Of a DNA stretch of 64,000 nucleotides, positions 1 through 9,794 are shown one piece after another. Source of the DNA: a virus. Lineage: Duplodnaviria > Caudoviricetes. Position numbers and translations under genes: made by a program. The DNA lies in the IMG/VR virus record IMGVR_UViG_3300012979_000036, positions 1-64,000 of that record, one strand, 5' to 3'. Every line of letters starts with the position of its first letter. Positions within the stretch are counted from its first letter, which is position 1. The notes below the pieces were generated by a model. The model saw only the letters and a program-made list of their open reading frames with translations, was not told the DNA's origin and did not search any database.

Positions 1-23
1 AAAACAGAAAAGAAAGGATAACT

Positions 24-179
24 ATGGCAACACTAACAAAGAAAGACTTGCTTGAGGCTATCGAGGATATGCCGATGGATGCGGAGGTCTATATAGACAT
101 TGGAGATGACTATGAATATGAATGGGTTGCACCAGAAATTGTTTGTAATATAGAAGATAATACTATCAGTTTATGCTAA
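24..179 (+). CDS. Small acidic hypothetical protein (51 aa, MATLTKKDLLEAIEDMPMDAEVY...), not in ORF track
   Basis: Translated by hand: ATG 24 to TAA 177-179. AAAGGA lies just upstream and the stop overlaps the next ATG at 173. Confidence 0.6.
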   Translation: MATLTKKDLLEAIEDMPMDAEVYIDIGDDYEYEWVAPEIVCNIEDNTISLC

Positions 180-691
180 CAGAAAAAGACTACTGCGACT
201 ATGAGACTTGTGTCGCTTTGAAAGAGTTAGGATATAATCAATCTTCTATTGCATTTTATCCTTGTCAAGATATAACAGTTGATTGCGTAGACTCAAACGG
301 GGATTTATATGAGGCTGAATATGATAAAGAAAGTCTTGTGCTATATTCTTCATTGAATCTTAAAAACAATAAAATAAATAAGGTTCAAGCCCCAACTTTA
401 TACGAAGCCCAGAAGTGGCTGAGGGAGGTGAAGAAGATAGAAGTAAATGCTACTTATGATAATGTAGTTGAGCTTCATTGGCATTGGTATATGAAATCTC
501 TTATCAATCGTAACCAAACTATATCAATGATAAATCACGATTCTTATGAGTCGGCATTATTGAAAGCTATCAAGGAAGCTGTTAAAATTTTGAAGGAGAA
601 GAACATTAATCAAAGAAAGGCTCTTGAAGCGGAAAACACCGAGTTTGACTACGGACATAATGTAAATTATAATGAAAGAGATACTTACTAA
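173..691 (+). CDS. Hypothetical protein of a type common in Bacteroidota phages/prophages
   Basis: 172-aa ORF with DY..YET...LKE.GY and APTLYEAQKWLRE motifs; higher GC than downstream DNA. Confidence 0.75.
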   Translation: MLTEKDYCDYETCVALKELGYNQSSIAFYPCQDITVDCVDSNGDLYEAEYDKESLVLYSSLNLKNNKINKVQAPTLYEAQKWLREVKKIEVNATYDNVVELHWHWYMKSLINRNQTISMINHDSYESALLKAIKEAVKILKEKNINQRKALEAENTEFDYGHNVNYNERDTY

Positions 692-920
692 ATTATGTAT
701 TAAACATGCTACAGAAACAATAAAAGATTATAAAAAATTAAAACAAAATGTAGCAAATGATTTTATACAAACTATAAAAGAGTTTAAAAAACGACATCCT
801 TATGTAAAAAAGATTATTTTTGATAGTAAATATAATCCGTGGATGTCTCATGGAATAATATATTTAAATGATAAATTTGATATATCAGTATACGAAGATG
901 ATGTATATATTAAAGAATAA
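672..920 (+). CDS. Hypothetical protein
   Basis: 82-aa ORF tiling the + strand operon. Confidence 0.6.
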   Translation: MKEILTKLCIKHATETIKDYKKLKQNVANDFIQTIKEFKKRHPYVKKIIFDSKYNPWMSHGIIYLNDKFDISVYEDDVYIKE

Positions 921-934
921 TTATATTATGAAGA

Positions 935-1129
935 ATGAATTGGACTTTAGTTACAAGTGATAATGAAAACGAAATATATAACTTAATAAATAATAATATA
1001 CCAGTTGTTTTTGCTAGTAATGAATGGGGTAATGGTTGCTATTATATAAATGAAGCTTATATAGGAATAGGAACTATGGCTAAATGGGGCAATTGGTATT
1101 ATATACAATTACCAATATTAAATGAATAA
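935..1129 (+). CDS. Hypothetical protein
   Basis: 64-aa ORF overlapping the next start. Confidence 0.55.
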   Translation: MNWTLVTSDNENEIYNLINNNIPVVFASNEWGNGCYYINEAYIGIGTMAKWGNWYYIQLPILNE

Positions 1130-1499
1130 TCAACCAAAAGTACTCCTGACTATTGAAGGAATAGAGGGAGCCACCTTGCATAGCAAGGGTATTAAGAAAA
1201 TCAAGTTTATTATCAGAAAGAAAGACTTGTATAGCAAACTTTATACAGGAAAAGATGCTGATAAGATTGTAAGAGTGGGTACTCGTAAGATTGAAGATTT
1301 TGAAGCAGTACCTTGTAAGAAATCTATTAAACTTTCTTACGATGCTTACAATTATATGATTTCAAAAGAATCACCAGAATGGTATTTTAAGAAGGATTGG
1401 CCTCGTCTTTCTGCAACTAATAGACTTGAATTGCATTTACAGAGAATTTGTGATGCTAATAATGGCAAAAGTTTTACTTATTCAATTCTTGAAGATTAA
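1122..1499 (+). CDS. Hypothetical protein
   Basis: 125-aa ORF with TAATG coupling to the helicase gene. Confidence 0.75.
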   Translation: MNNQPKVLLTIEGIEGATLHSKGIKKIKFIIRKKDLYSKLYTGKDADKIVRVGTRKIEDFEAVPCKKSIKLSYDAYNYMISKESPEWYFKKDWPRLSATNRLELHLQRICDANNGKSFTYSILED

Positions 1500-2671
1500 T
1501 GACAAGAGAAGAAGTAACTAAACACATTAGAGAATCTCCTAAAAACAATTTTTTATTAATTCTATCTACAGGTTTTGGTAAAACTTATTGTGCTATTGAG
1601 TTAATTGAACAAAGAGTAAAAATAGGATTACCAATACTAATTGTAATACCTAGATTAGTTCTTATTGAAAATTGGAAAAAAGAAATTAAAAAGTTTGGTT
1701 TAGAAGAATATTTACCTTATATTACTTTTACAACATATCAATCTTTACACAAGCATACAGATGTTAAATGGATTTGTGTTATATATGATGAATGTCATCA
1801 TTTATCAGACAGATGTAAAGAAATAATCACTAATATAACAAGTGATTATACATTATGTTTGTCTGCTACTGTTAAACAAGATCTTAAACATTGGATAATA
1901 GATAAATATAATCCTGAAGTTGTAGAAGTAAATTTAAGAAAAGCTATTGATAATGAAGTTCTTCCTGAGCCAAAAGTGTATTTAATGCCATTACAATTAA
2001 ATAATACTTTCTTTACAGAAACATTAATAAGAGAGTCCAAAAGTAAAAAGAAATGGGCTGCTTGTTTTTATTCTGATAGATGGAAGTATTTAAAAGATTA
2101 TAATGTAAAGATTAAATGTACTGAACAACAATACTATAATGAAATATCTAATGATATAGAGTATTGGAAGAGACAATGTATGAGAAATAAATTCTTTAAA
2201 AATAAATGGTTACATTTATGTGGAGAAAGATTAAAATGGTTATCTGATCAAAAAACAGAAATAGTATTATATCTTTTAAAACATTTAAAGAATTATAGAA
2301 CTCTTACATTTTGTAATAGTATTGAACAAACAGAATTACTAGGTAAATATTGTATTAATAGTAAGAATAAATTATCAGGCGAATATCTTGATATGTTTAA
2401 TAATAAAAAGATTAAACATATTACAAGTGTAAATATGCTTAATGAGGGATGTAATCTTGCTGATTGTAGAATAGGTATCTTTGTATCTATTAATAGTTCA
2501 GAAATACTTGTGAAACAGAAAAATGGTAGATTACTTCGTCATAAAGAACCTGTAATTATTATACCTTATTATATTAATACAAGAGAAGAAGAATTAGTAA
2601 AACAAATGTTGGAGAATTATAATCCAGAATTAGTATCAACAATAACAAAATTTGAAGATATTGTATTATGA
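1499..2671 (+). CDS. Superfamily 2 (DEAH-type) helicase
   Basis: Walker A STGFGKT, Walker B YDECHH, motif III SAT, C-terminal NMLNEG and Q..GRLLR motifs. Confidence 0.92.
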   Translation: MTREEVTKHIRESPKNNFLLILSTGFGKTYCAIELIEQRVKIGLPILIVIPRLVLIENWKKEIKKFGLEEYLPYITFTTYQSLHKHTDVKWICVIYDECHHLSDRCKEIITNITSDYTLCLSATVKQDLKHWIIDKYNPEVVEVNLRKAIDNEVLPEPKVYLMPLQLNNTFFTETLIRESKSKKKWAACFYSDRWKYLKDYNVKIKCTEQQYYNEISNDIEYWKRQCMRNKFFKNKWLHLCGERLKWLSDQKTEIVLYLLKHLKNYRTLTFCNSIEQTELLGKYCINSKNKLSGEYLDMFNNKKIKHITSVNMLNEGCNLADCRIGIFVSINSSEILVKQKNGRLLRHKEPVIIIPYYINTREEELVKQMLENYNPELVSTITKFEDIVL

Positions 2672-3066
2672 TAAACGATAGAAACGAAATTAAGATTTCA
2701 TTTAAAGAACCAAAGTTTCACATTGATAGGGTTAACAAGGTAGTAGTTTGTATTCTTGAAGGAACTCCTCTTTATCCGAAAGCTATAGATTATACTTTTA
2801 CTACTATTACAAATTTAATGTATGCAGATATAGATGAAATTAAAGTAAAGGCTATTGCAAAACTATCTCCTGGAGATGAATTTGATGAAAATGTCGGTAT
2901 GAGAGTAGCACTCGCTAAGGCTGAAAATAAAGCATATGAACAAGTATGCGTTAATCTTAAAGAGTATATGAGAAGTATTAATACTGTTATTGAACAGTGT
3001 AAAGATTTCTTTTATAAGAGTGCTAATGTTATTGAACATAATAATAAGTATTTAGAGAAATTTTAA
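2668..3066 (+). CDS. Hypothetical phage protein with resemblance to the N4 gp49/Sf6 gp66 family
   Basis: VVVCIL...AIAKLSPGDEFDENVGMRVALAKA pattern, matched from memory only. Confidence 0.5.
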   Translation: MINDRNEIKISFKEPKFHIDRVNKVVVCILEGTPLYPKAIDYTFTTITNLMYADIDEIKVKAIAKLSPGDEFDENVGMRVALAKAENKAYEQVCVNLKEYMRSINTVIEQCKDFFYKSANVIEHNNKYLEKF

Positions 3067-3067
3067 T

Positions 3068-3673
3068 ATGAAATTTTATATAGATACAGAAGAATGCAAG
3101 AAATTAGAAGTCCCTCTTGATGAAGTATTATACATTATAGGTTTATATTTAGGAGTAGATATTAATACTAATACTTTACACAAGGTGTTTAAAAGAGGAA
3201 TAATAGAACATGATGGATATGATGCTCTAAAAATAATGAAGAATCCTAAATTAACAGAAAATGGTGTAGAATTAGCTGAAACTTTTATACTTAATAGTGA
3301 GTTTAATTCATCAGAATGTAAAAATAGATTTGAAAATTTAGCAGAAAAACTAAGAGAAATTTATCCTAAAGGTAAAAAACCAGGAACCGCTTATATGTGG
3401 AAAGATAGTAATGCTATAATTGCTAAAAAATTAAAAGCTTTAACTAAAAAATATGGTAATTGTTTTACAGATGAAGAAGCTATAGAAGCAACTAAAAAAT
3501 ATGTAGAATCTTTTAATGGTAATTATCAATTTATGCAATTGTTAAAATATTTTATTAGTAAGATTACCATAAAAGATGGACAAGCAGAAGAGACTTCTCA
3601 ATTATTAAGTTATATAGAAAACGCTAAAGATAATAACATAATAGATAACTTTGACGAAATGAGATATGATTAG
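3068..3673 (+). CDS. Conserved hypothetical protein, possible replication initiator/helicase loader
   Basis: 201-aa ORF overlapping the dnaB start. The function is inferred from position only. Confidence 0.55.
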   Translation: MKFYIDTEECKKLEVPLDEVLYIIGLYLGVDINTNTLHKVFKRGIIEHDGYDALKIMKNPKLTENGVELAETFILNSEFNSSECKNRFENLAEKLREIYPKGKKPGTAYMWKDSNAIIAKKLKALTKKYGNCFTDEEAIEATKKYVESFNGNYQFMQLLKYFISKITIKDGQAEETSQLLSYIENAKDNNIIDNFDEMRYD

Positions 3674-4841
3674 ATTGAGTGAAAGAGTTCTTAATAAATT
3701 AGAAGAAAGGCGAGAAAATATTCTTAATGGTAATATTAATTGTATTCCATTTCCATTTGCTAATTTTAGAGAAGATGTTCCTGGTATTGAGCAAGGTAGA
3801 TACATTTCAATAACAGGAGCAACTAAATCAGCCAAATCTCAATTTGCTTCAGAACTTCTTTTTCAAGCTTTAATATATGCTTATAAACACCCCAATCAAT
3901 TAGATATTTTAATTAGATATTTTCCTTTAGAAGAAACTCCTGAAGGAATTATGGAAAGATTTATGAGTTATATATTGTTTCTTAAAAGTGGTAAAAATAT
4001 TAGAATTTCACCATCAGATTTAAGAAGTACTAACAATGATAAGCCTCTTGATAAATCTATTTTAGAAATATTACAATCTGATGAATATCAAGATGTTATA
4101 AGATTTTTTGAAGAAAAAGTTATCTTTAGTAAAGCTAAAACTCCAATGGGAATTTATTTAGAATGTAAAGATTATGCTAAAGCTAATGGAATAATACATA
4201 GAAAAACTGTTAAATATAAAAACGAATTAGGAGAAACTATAGAATCTGATAATGGATTTGACTATTATGAACAAAATAATCCAAAACAATATAGAATTAT
4301 ATTTGTAGATCATATTAGTCTTATTCAAACTCAACAAGGTATGGATTTAAGACAGTCTATGAATAAGCTTTCAGAGTTTTTTGTTGAATTAAGAAATGAT
4401 TATAAATATACTCCTATTATAGTACATCAACAAGCAATGTTTGAATCTTTAGATGCTTTTAAAATGGACAAACTTGAACCATCAATTCAAAATCTTGCTG
4501 ATTCAAAAGCTATAGCTCGTGATTTAGATATGTGTCTTGGTATATTTAGTCCTTATAAATACAATCTCCATGAATATAAAGGATATAATATTAACATATT
4601 TAAAGATAATATAAGATTCGTATCTGTACTTCTAAATAGAAATGGATTATGTAATGGAATGTTACCATTATATTTTGATGGTGCTGTAAATTATTTTGCT
4701 CCACTGTGCAACCCCAAAGATGAAACAGGGCTTCAAAAAATATATAATTATCTTGATAAAATAAGAAATAAACCTAATAAGGTTTTTATGTTTTTTAATA
4801 AATTATTTAATAAATATGGCAAAAATTTTAGTATTGGCTAA
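3666..4841 (+). CDS. dnaB: DnaB-like replicative helicase
   Basis: P-loop TGATKSAKS (deviant), FPLEE, Walker B IIFVDHISL, HQQ, LADSKAIARDLD and LLNRNG, typical of the DnaB C-terminal domain. Confidence 0.85.
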   Translation: MIRLSERVLNKLEERRENILNGNINCIPFPFANFREDVPGIEQGRYISITGATKSAKSQFASELLFQALIYAYKHPNQLDILIRYFPLEETPEGIMERFMSYILFLKSGKNIRISPSDLRSTNNDKPLDKSILEILQSDEYQDVIRFFEEKVIFSKAKTPMGIYLECKDYAKANGIIHRKTVKYKNELGETIESDNGFDYYEQNNPKQYRIIFVDHISLIQTQQGMDLRQSMNKLSEFFVELRNDYKYTPIIVHQQAMFESLDAFKMDKLEPSIQNLADSKAIARDLDMCLGIFSPYKYNLHEYKGYNINIFKDNIRFVSVLLNRNGLCNGMLPLYFDGAVNYFAPLCNPKDETGLQKIYNYLDKIRNKPNKVFMFFNKLFNKYGKNFSIG

Positions 4842-5544
4842 ATCAGGTTTTGGAAAGACAACTTCTTATTGTGGAAGACAAAAGTTTGGTATAAATGGAT
4901 TAAATCCTAAAGAAACTTATGTTATTCAGTGTATTGGAAGAGCGACACCAAATCCAGAATATAAACTTACACCATCTGCAGAAATTGCAGATTTAAATAA
5001 AGGAAATAGAGTTCAAGTAGATGGAATTGCAGGAATTGATAGATTTAAAAGAGTAGCTGCTATTCTAGAAGCTCTTAAAAAATCTCCATATAAAAATGTT
5101 ATAATTGATGATTTCAATTATTTATCTCAAGACTTTTATATGGCAAATGCTATGAAAGGAGGATGGGAAACTCCAAAACAAATTGGATATGGAATGGGAT
5201 TAATTTTCGATGCTTTTAAGAGTTTTCCTGAAGATAAAAATCTTATTTGTTTAGCTCATTATGAAGAATACAAAGATAAAAATGGAGATTCAATTTCTTA
5301 TAAATTCAAAACTACTGGTAAAATGGTAGATGATTATATCACACCTGAAGGAAAATTTGATATTATTTTATTTGGTAAAGTAGGTTTTGATAATGAAAAT
5401 AAAAGAGCTGTTAAAGTATTTGTAAAAGAATTTGATGGTGAATATCCTGCAAAAGATAGTCTTGGAGCATTAGATGATCTTCCTGATGAAATTCCTAATG
5501 ACTTGTCTATTGTGGTAGAAGAACTGAGAAAGATTTATGGATAG
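4816..5544 (+). CDS. P-loop ATPase, Sak4/AAA_24-like recombination protein
   Basis: AKSGFGKTT, VIIDDFNYL, LAHYEE, GKMVDDYITPEGKFD; lies upstream of SSB. Confidence 0.8.
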   Translation: MAKILVLAKSGFGKTTSYCGRQKFGINGLNPKETYVIQCIGRATPNPEYKLTPSAEIADLNKGNRVQVDGIAGIDRFKRVAAILEALKKSPYKNVIIDDFNYLSQDFYMANAMKGGWETPKQIGYGMGLIFDAFKSFPEDKNLICLAHYEEYKDKNGDSISYKFKTTGKMVDDYITPEGKFDIILFGKVGFDNENKRAVKVFVKEFDGEYPAKDSLGALDDLPDEIPNDLSIVVEELRKIYG

Positions 5545-5794
5545 AGAAACTATTCTTAAACATTCTAAAAGTATAAGACTTAACTATCAAATATTACCTG
5601 ATTTTACAGAAGTATTATCAGATTATTGCGAAAGAAAAGCACATCCAGAACATCTACAAGGATTAATACAAATAATCCAACATCCTTTTATAGGTCAAGA
5701 AGCGTTAAATCTTATACTTGAAGAATATGAGAAAGAGTTTCATATTATAAGATGTATTAAATTAGAAACACAACAAATAATAGATATTTGGTAA
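5537..5794 (+). CDS. Hypothetical protein
   Basis: 85-aa ORF tiling the operon. Confidence 0.65.
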   Translation: MDRETILKHSKSIRLNYQILPDFTEVLSDYCERKAHPEHLQGLIQIIQHPFIGQEALNLILEEYEKEFHIIRCIKLETQQIIDIW

Positions 5795-6087
5795 TGATGC
5801 TAAGTAAAACAGAATTTGCAGCAATTAAAAGAATTAATACAACTGTAAAGGTATTAAATTCAAAGAAGAATGGTTTGATAGCTAAATTGCATCTTCTTGA
5901 AAGTCAAATTGCTAACATTGACAAAGAAATTGAAAATTGGGAACTTCCTGTAAAAAATATGACAGGTGGTTTTACTTCTACAGAAGTACTTGATGGTACT
6001 TGGAGAATGTGTCCAGAAGAAAAAGTAGAACCAGTAGTAGATGAAATAGATGTAGATAATTACATTAATGTAGATAATAATCTTTAA
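5788..6087 (+). CDS. Hypothetical coiled-coil protein (start uncertain)
   Basis: About 99 aa with a heptad-like central segment. Confidence 0.65.
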   Translation: MVMMLSKTEFAAIKRINTTVKVLNSKKNGLIAKLHLLESQIANIDKEIENWELPVKNMTGGFTSTEVLDGTWRMCPEEKVEPVVDEIDVDNYINVDNNL

Positions 6088-6113
6088 TATTAACAATTTA
6101 AACAATTAAAAAT

Positions 6114-7019
6114 ATGAATAATCACAATGTATTTTTCGCCTTTGGTAAGGCAGTAGAATCTAAGGAGTCAGTTGAAATTAAGAGATATGTAGGTATTGCA
6201 CCTGTAAAGATTGTAGCAATTAATCCTACAAAGAAAGAACTTGAGTCTATTTATAATACTACTCTTGAAAAGGAACCAGAGTATCTTGGTAGTATGGAAA
6301 GAGATGGTAAGAATATTCCTCATATAAGAATTGACTTCATTGTAAGAACTAATCCTGAGAAGTCTAATGGTATTGATATGACTACTAAGATGTCATTCTT
6401 TGTAAGAAAGGCATTTATGACTAACCGTGATAATACTAAGGTTAAGGTTGTAGATAAGTATGGTCGTACAGCTTGGGTAACACAGGATGAGTTTAAGAAT
6501 AAGCTTGTTCCTCAGTATGCTAATGGTCCAGCAAGAATCGATAGTGCATATAGAGCACTTTATATGGGTGAAGAGGAGCTTCTCAGTTTTGTAAAGAACT
6601 ATCTTGGCATCAACGATGTTGATGAATATGTTGATGGTAATTGGCGTATGAGAGCTAATCCACAGGATTATGAAGCTGGATTTAATGAAATGGAAAAATG
6701 GTTTGGTGGTGATATATCAGAGATTAAGTCTGCTATCGCTATGATGCCAAACAATTATGTTAAGGTTCTCTTTGGTGTAAGACACACTGATGAGGGTAGA
6801 GAGTATCAGGATGTATTCACTAGAGCTACCATGAAGTATAATGCTAGAAAGAATACTGTTATTGAGAAGGCTCTTACAGATGCAAAGAATAATGGAGCAT
6901 ATCCTAATTCAGATTTTGAAATCTGTGATTTGAAGGAATATAATCCTACTCCTACAAATCTTAATACACCTGTTAATAATGATGATGACATTCCATTTGG
7001 AGACGATCCTTGGAAGTAA
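6114..7019 (+). CDS. Single-stranded DNA-binding protein (crAss-type)
   Basis: Acidic/aromatic C-terminal tail DDDIPFGDDPWK, high-expression codon bias (AAG, GAG), and position between the Sak4-like ATPase and primase. Confidence 0.7.
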   Translation: MNNHNVFFAFGKAVESKESVEIKRYVGIAPVKIVAINPTKKELESIYNTTLEKEPEYLGSMERDGKNIPHIRIDFIVRTNPEKSNGIDMTTKMSFFVRKAFMTNRDNTKVKVVDKYGRTAWVTQDEFKNKLVPQYANGPARIDSAYRALYMGEEELLSFVKNYLGINDVDEYVDGNWRMRANPQDYEAGFNEMEKWFGGDISEIKSAIAMMPNNYVKVLFGVRHTDEGREYQDVFTRATMKYNARKNTVIEKALTDAKNNGAYPNSDFEICDLKEYNPTPTNLNTPVNNDDDIPFGDDPWK

Positions 7020-7031
7020 AAATAAAGCAAT

Positions 7032-8018
7032 ATGTCATTTGGAAAATGCAACAAATCTATATGTCTAGATGACATATTAAATAAAGTAACTGAAGTGGAT
7101 ATACTAAATCATTATTTTGGTATATCCACTTTACCTATTTTAGTAAACAATCCATTACGAGCAGATAAGAATGCTTCTTTGAGTATATTTCTTAATGATA
7201 ATGATAATATAATTTTAAAAGATTTTGGATCATACAAATCTTATAATTTATGGTCATTTCTAATGGAATACTGGAATTTAGATTATGATAGTGTTCTTGA
7301 AAAAATTGTTAATGATTTAAAAGATATTAATAGTACACTATATCAATTAAAATCAAAGAAATACAAACAACAAATAAGAAGTAAATCTATTCTTGAATGC
7401 AAAGTAAGAGAATGGAAAGATTACGATTTACAATATTGGGAATCTTATGGTATATCTTTACCTTGGTTAAAGTTTGGAGAAGTATATCCTATTTCACATA
7501 CTTTTATAACTAAAGATAATAAAAGATATGCTTTTAGAGCAGAAAAATATGCTTATGCTTATGTAGAAAGAAAAGATAATATTGTCACATTAAAGATTTA
7601 TCAACCTAAAAGTTCAAATAGAAAATGGACTAATAGTGGTAATGCGTCTATATGGGATTTATGGTCACAATTACCTAAAGTAGGAGATAAATTATTTATT
7701 ACTTCTTCTAGAAAAGATGCTTTATGTTTATGGGAAAATACAATGATACCTGCTATTAGTATGCAAGGAGAAGGGTATATTCCTAAACAGTCTGTAATTG
7801 ATGAATTGAAATCTAGATTTAAAAATATTTATATATTTTTTGATAATGATTTTGATAAAGATGAAAATCACGGTAGACAATATGCACAATTTCTTTCAAA
7901 AACATTTGATATTCCTTATATAGAAATACCAAGTGAATATGAAGTAAAAGATCCATCAGATTTTGTAAATAAATACGGTAGAGAAAAACTAAAACAATTA
8001 GTAAACGAATTAATATGA
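7032..8018 (+). CDS. dnaG: DNA primase (TOPRIM)
   Basis: NPLRADKNAS N-terminus, ITSSRKD, FFDNDFD and KDPSDF TOPRIM motifs. Confidence 0.85.
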   Translation: MSFGKCNKSICLDDILNKVTEVDILNHYFGISTLPILVNNPLRADKNASLSIFLNDNDNIILKDFGSYKSYNLWSFLMEYWNLDYDSVLEKIVNDLKDINSTLYQLKSKKYKQQIRSKSILECKVREWKDYDLQYWESYGISLPWLKFGEVYPISHTFITKDNKRYAFRAEKYAYAYVERKDNIVTLKIYQPKSSNRKWTNSGNASIWDLWSQLPKVGDKLFITSSRKDALCLWENTMIPAISMQGEGYIPKQSVIDELKSRFKNIYIFFDNDFDKDENHGRQYAQFLSKTFDIPYIEIPSEYEVKDPSDFVNKYGREKLKQLVNELI

Positions 8019-8251
8019 AATACGGAAGACTTTTTAGAAATTATATAGAAGATTTCGCTCATACTCCATCTACAAATAGATGTAGTACATTGCCTTATAA
8101 AGAGTTGAAATTAATGGCTAAGAATATGTATCCTATTATCAAAGATGAAATTATCATTGATAATATTAATAACCCTTTGATAAATTATCAAAGAAAAAAT
8201 CAAGAAGAGCTTGCTATTTCAGTATATGAGGCTCTGAATTTAATGTATTAA
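8015..8251 (+). CDS. Hypothetical protein
   Basis: 78-aa ORF with ATGA overlap with primase. Confidence 0.65.
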   Translation: MKYGRLFRNYIEDFAHTPSTNRCSTLPYKELKLMAKNMYPIIKDEIIIDNINNPLINYQRKNQEELAISVYEALNLMY

Positions 8252-8262
8252 TATAATATGGT

Positions 8263-9060
8263 ATGAAGCATTTGATTGTAAGATCCAGGAATAAATCCTG
8301 TGCTCCATTAAGAGAACTTGAAGTGCCTATTACTACTATATATAGAATGGGCAGTACCACACCAACAGAACAAATTACAAAAAGAAAGAAATATATTGAA
8401 ATTAATTCTATAAACTCTTGTAAAATATCTGGAAATAAAATATTAATGAAGCGTAGAATTAGACACGCTCATTGTCCTACAGCTGAATATTTTGTAGGAA
8501 ACAATAATGAACAATCTTTTCTTGATATTTGTGAAAATAGACTTAACAAATGGAAGAATGGTATTATTGCTAAAAGAAAGAATTCTTCAAAAGGAGAAGG
8601 TTTAGCAAGACTTACTACAACAACAGATTGTTGGGAATTTTATTATGAAAATCAAGGAGATTTACATAATTGGATATTTGAAAGATATTATACTTATACA
8701 AAAGAATATAGAATTCATGTAACTAAAGACGGATGTTTTTATGCTACTAGGAAGATGTTGATTGAAGGGAAAGAAAATAGATGGCACAGACATGCTGATA
8801 ATTCAGTATTTATTCTTGAAAACAATGAGTTATTTGATAGACCAAGTAACTGGGAAGACATTGTTGAATCTTGCGTCAATGCTTTAAAAGCTATAGGATT
8901 AGATATAGCTTGCTTTGATGTTAAAGTTCAAAAAAATAATGTAGATTATCCTAAATACATATTACTTGAAAGTAATAGTGCTCCTTGTTTAAAAGATGTT
9001 GGTATTAATGCGTATAAAGAACAATTAAATAAATTGATTAATGCTAAATATAGATTTTAA
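8263..9060 (+). CDS. ATP-grasp ligase (RimK/YheCD-like)
   Basis: NKILMK, IIAKRKNSSKGEG, EYRIHV, DIACFDV and LLESNSAP (ExN) motifs. Confidence 0.85.
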   Translation: MKHLIVRSRNKSCAPLRELEVPITTIYRMGSTTPTEQITKRKKYIEINSINSCKISGNKILMKRRIRHAHCPTAEYFVGNNNEQSFLDICENRLNKWKNGIIAKRKNSSKGEGLARLTTTTDCWEFYYENQGDLHNWIFERYYTYTKEYRIHVTKDGCFYATRKMLIEGKENRWHRHADNSVFILENNELFDRPSNWEDIVESCVNALKAIGLDIACFDVKVQKNNVDYPKYILLESNSAPCLKDVGINAYKEQLNKLINAKYRF

Positions 9061-9793
9061 ATACCTTGAATTTTGGACTTATTATTCAAGTAAAGGCACA
9101 TTAGACAAAAAGTTAAAAAGAGAATGGTGTTTTAGTAATGTTTTTGGTGGATTAGAACATCAGAAAAATGAATATGTTTTATACATATATAACAATGGCC
9201 ATTTAACAAATAAAGATAATAATTGTCTTATAACAAAAGAGCAACTTATAGAACATATTAATGAAATTAATAAATTTTATAAGTTTAAATATAAGTTTAA
9301 GACTATTAAAGATGGCTACAAGTTAGAATTTACTATTGATGCACCAATAATGTATCATAAAATTATTTTATCTTGGTTAAGATATTCTTATGAATTTCCT
9401 TTTAATGTAACTCTATATGAATTATTTAAAGTAAGAGAAGAAAAAGGGTTTAAAAGACTTACAATGTTAAATCTTTTTAATCTTATAGGAGCAACAATGC
9501 ATTGTACAAAACATGGTACTAGCATTCATTCTATTGGAGTATTTTATGACTTTAAAGATTTAATATCTTATAAAGATTTTAAAAAGGAAATAACAAAAGA
9601 TATAAAAATAAATCCTAATATGCAAATTAATGATATATTAAATGTTGTAAATGAGGATGATTTTGATATTTTAGACTTACCTTTAGATAAGAGATTAAAT
9701 CATACTGACTATTGGGAAGACCAAGAAGAGTATAAGAAAAGACTTAAAGTTTATAAAAAGAATTTAAAAACCCTTAAAAACTATTATAAGTAA
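9041..9793 (+). CDS. Unknown protein embedded in the amide-ligase cluster
   Basis: 250-aa ORF overlapping the ATP-grasp stop and 1 nt from the GATase start. Confidence 0.8.
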   Translation: MLNIDFKYLEFWTYYSSKGTLDKKLKREWCFSNVFGGLEHQKNEYVLYIYNNGHLTNKDNNCLITKEQLIEHINEINKFYKFKYKFKTIKDGYKLEFTIDAPIMYHKIILSWLRYSYEFPFNVTLYELFKVREEKGFKRLTMLNLFNLIGATMHCTKHGTSIHSIGVFYDFKDLISYKDFKKEITKDIKINPNMQINDILNVVNEDDFDILDLPLDKRLNHTDYWEDQEEYKKRLKVYKKNLKTLKNYYK

Positions 9794-9794
9794 T

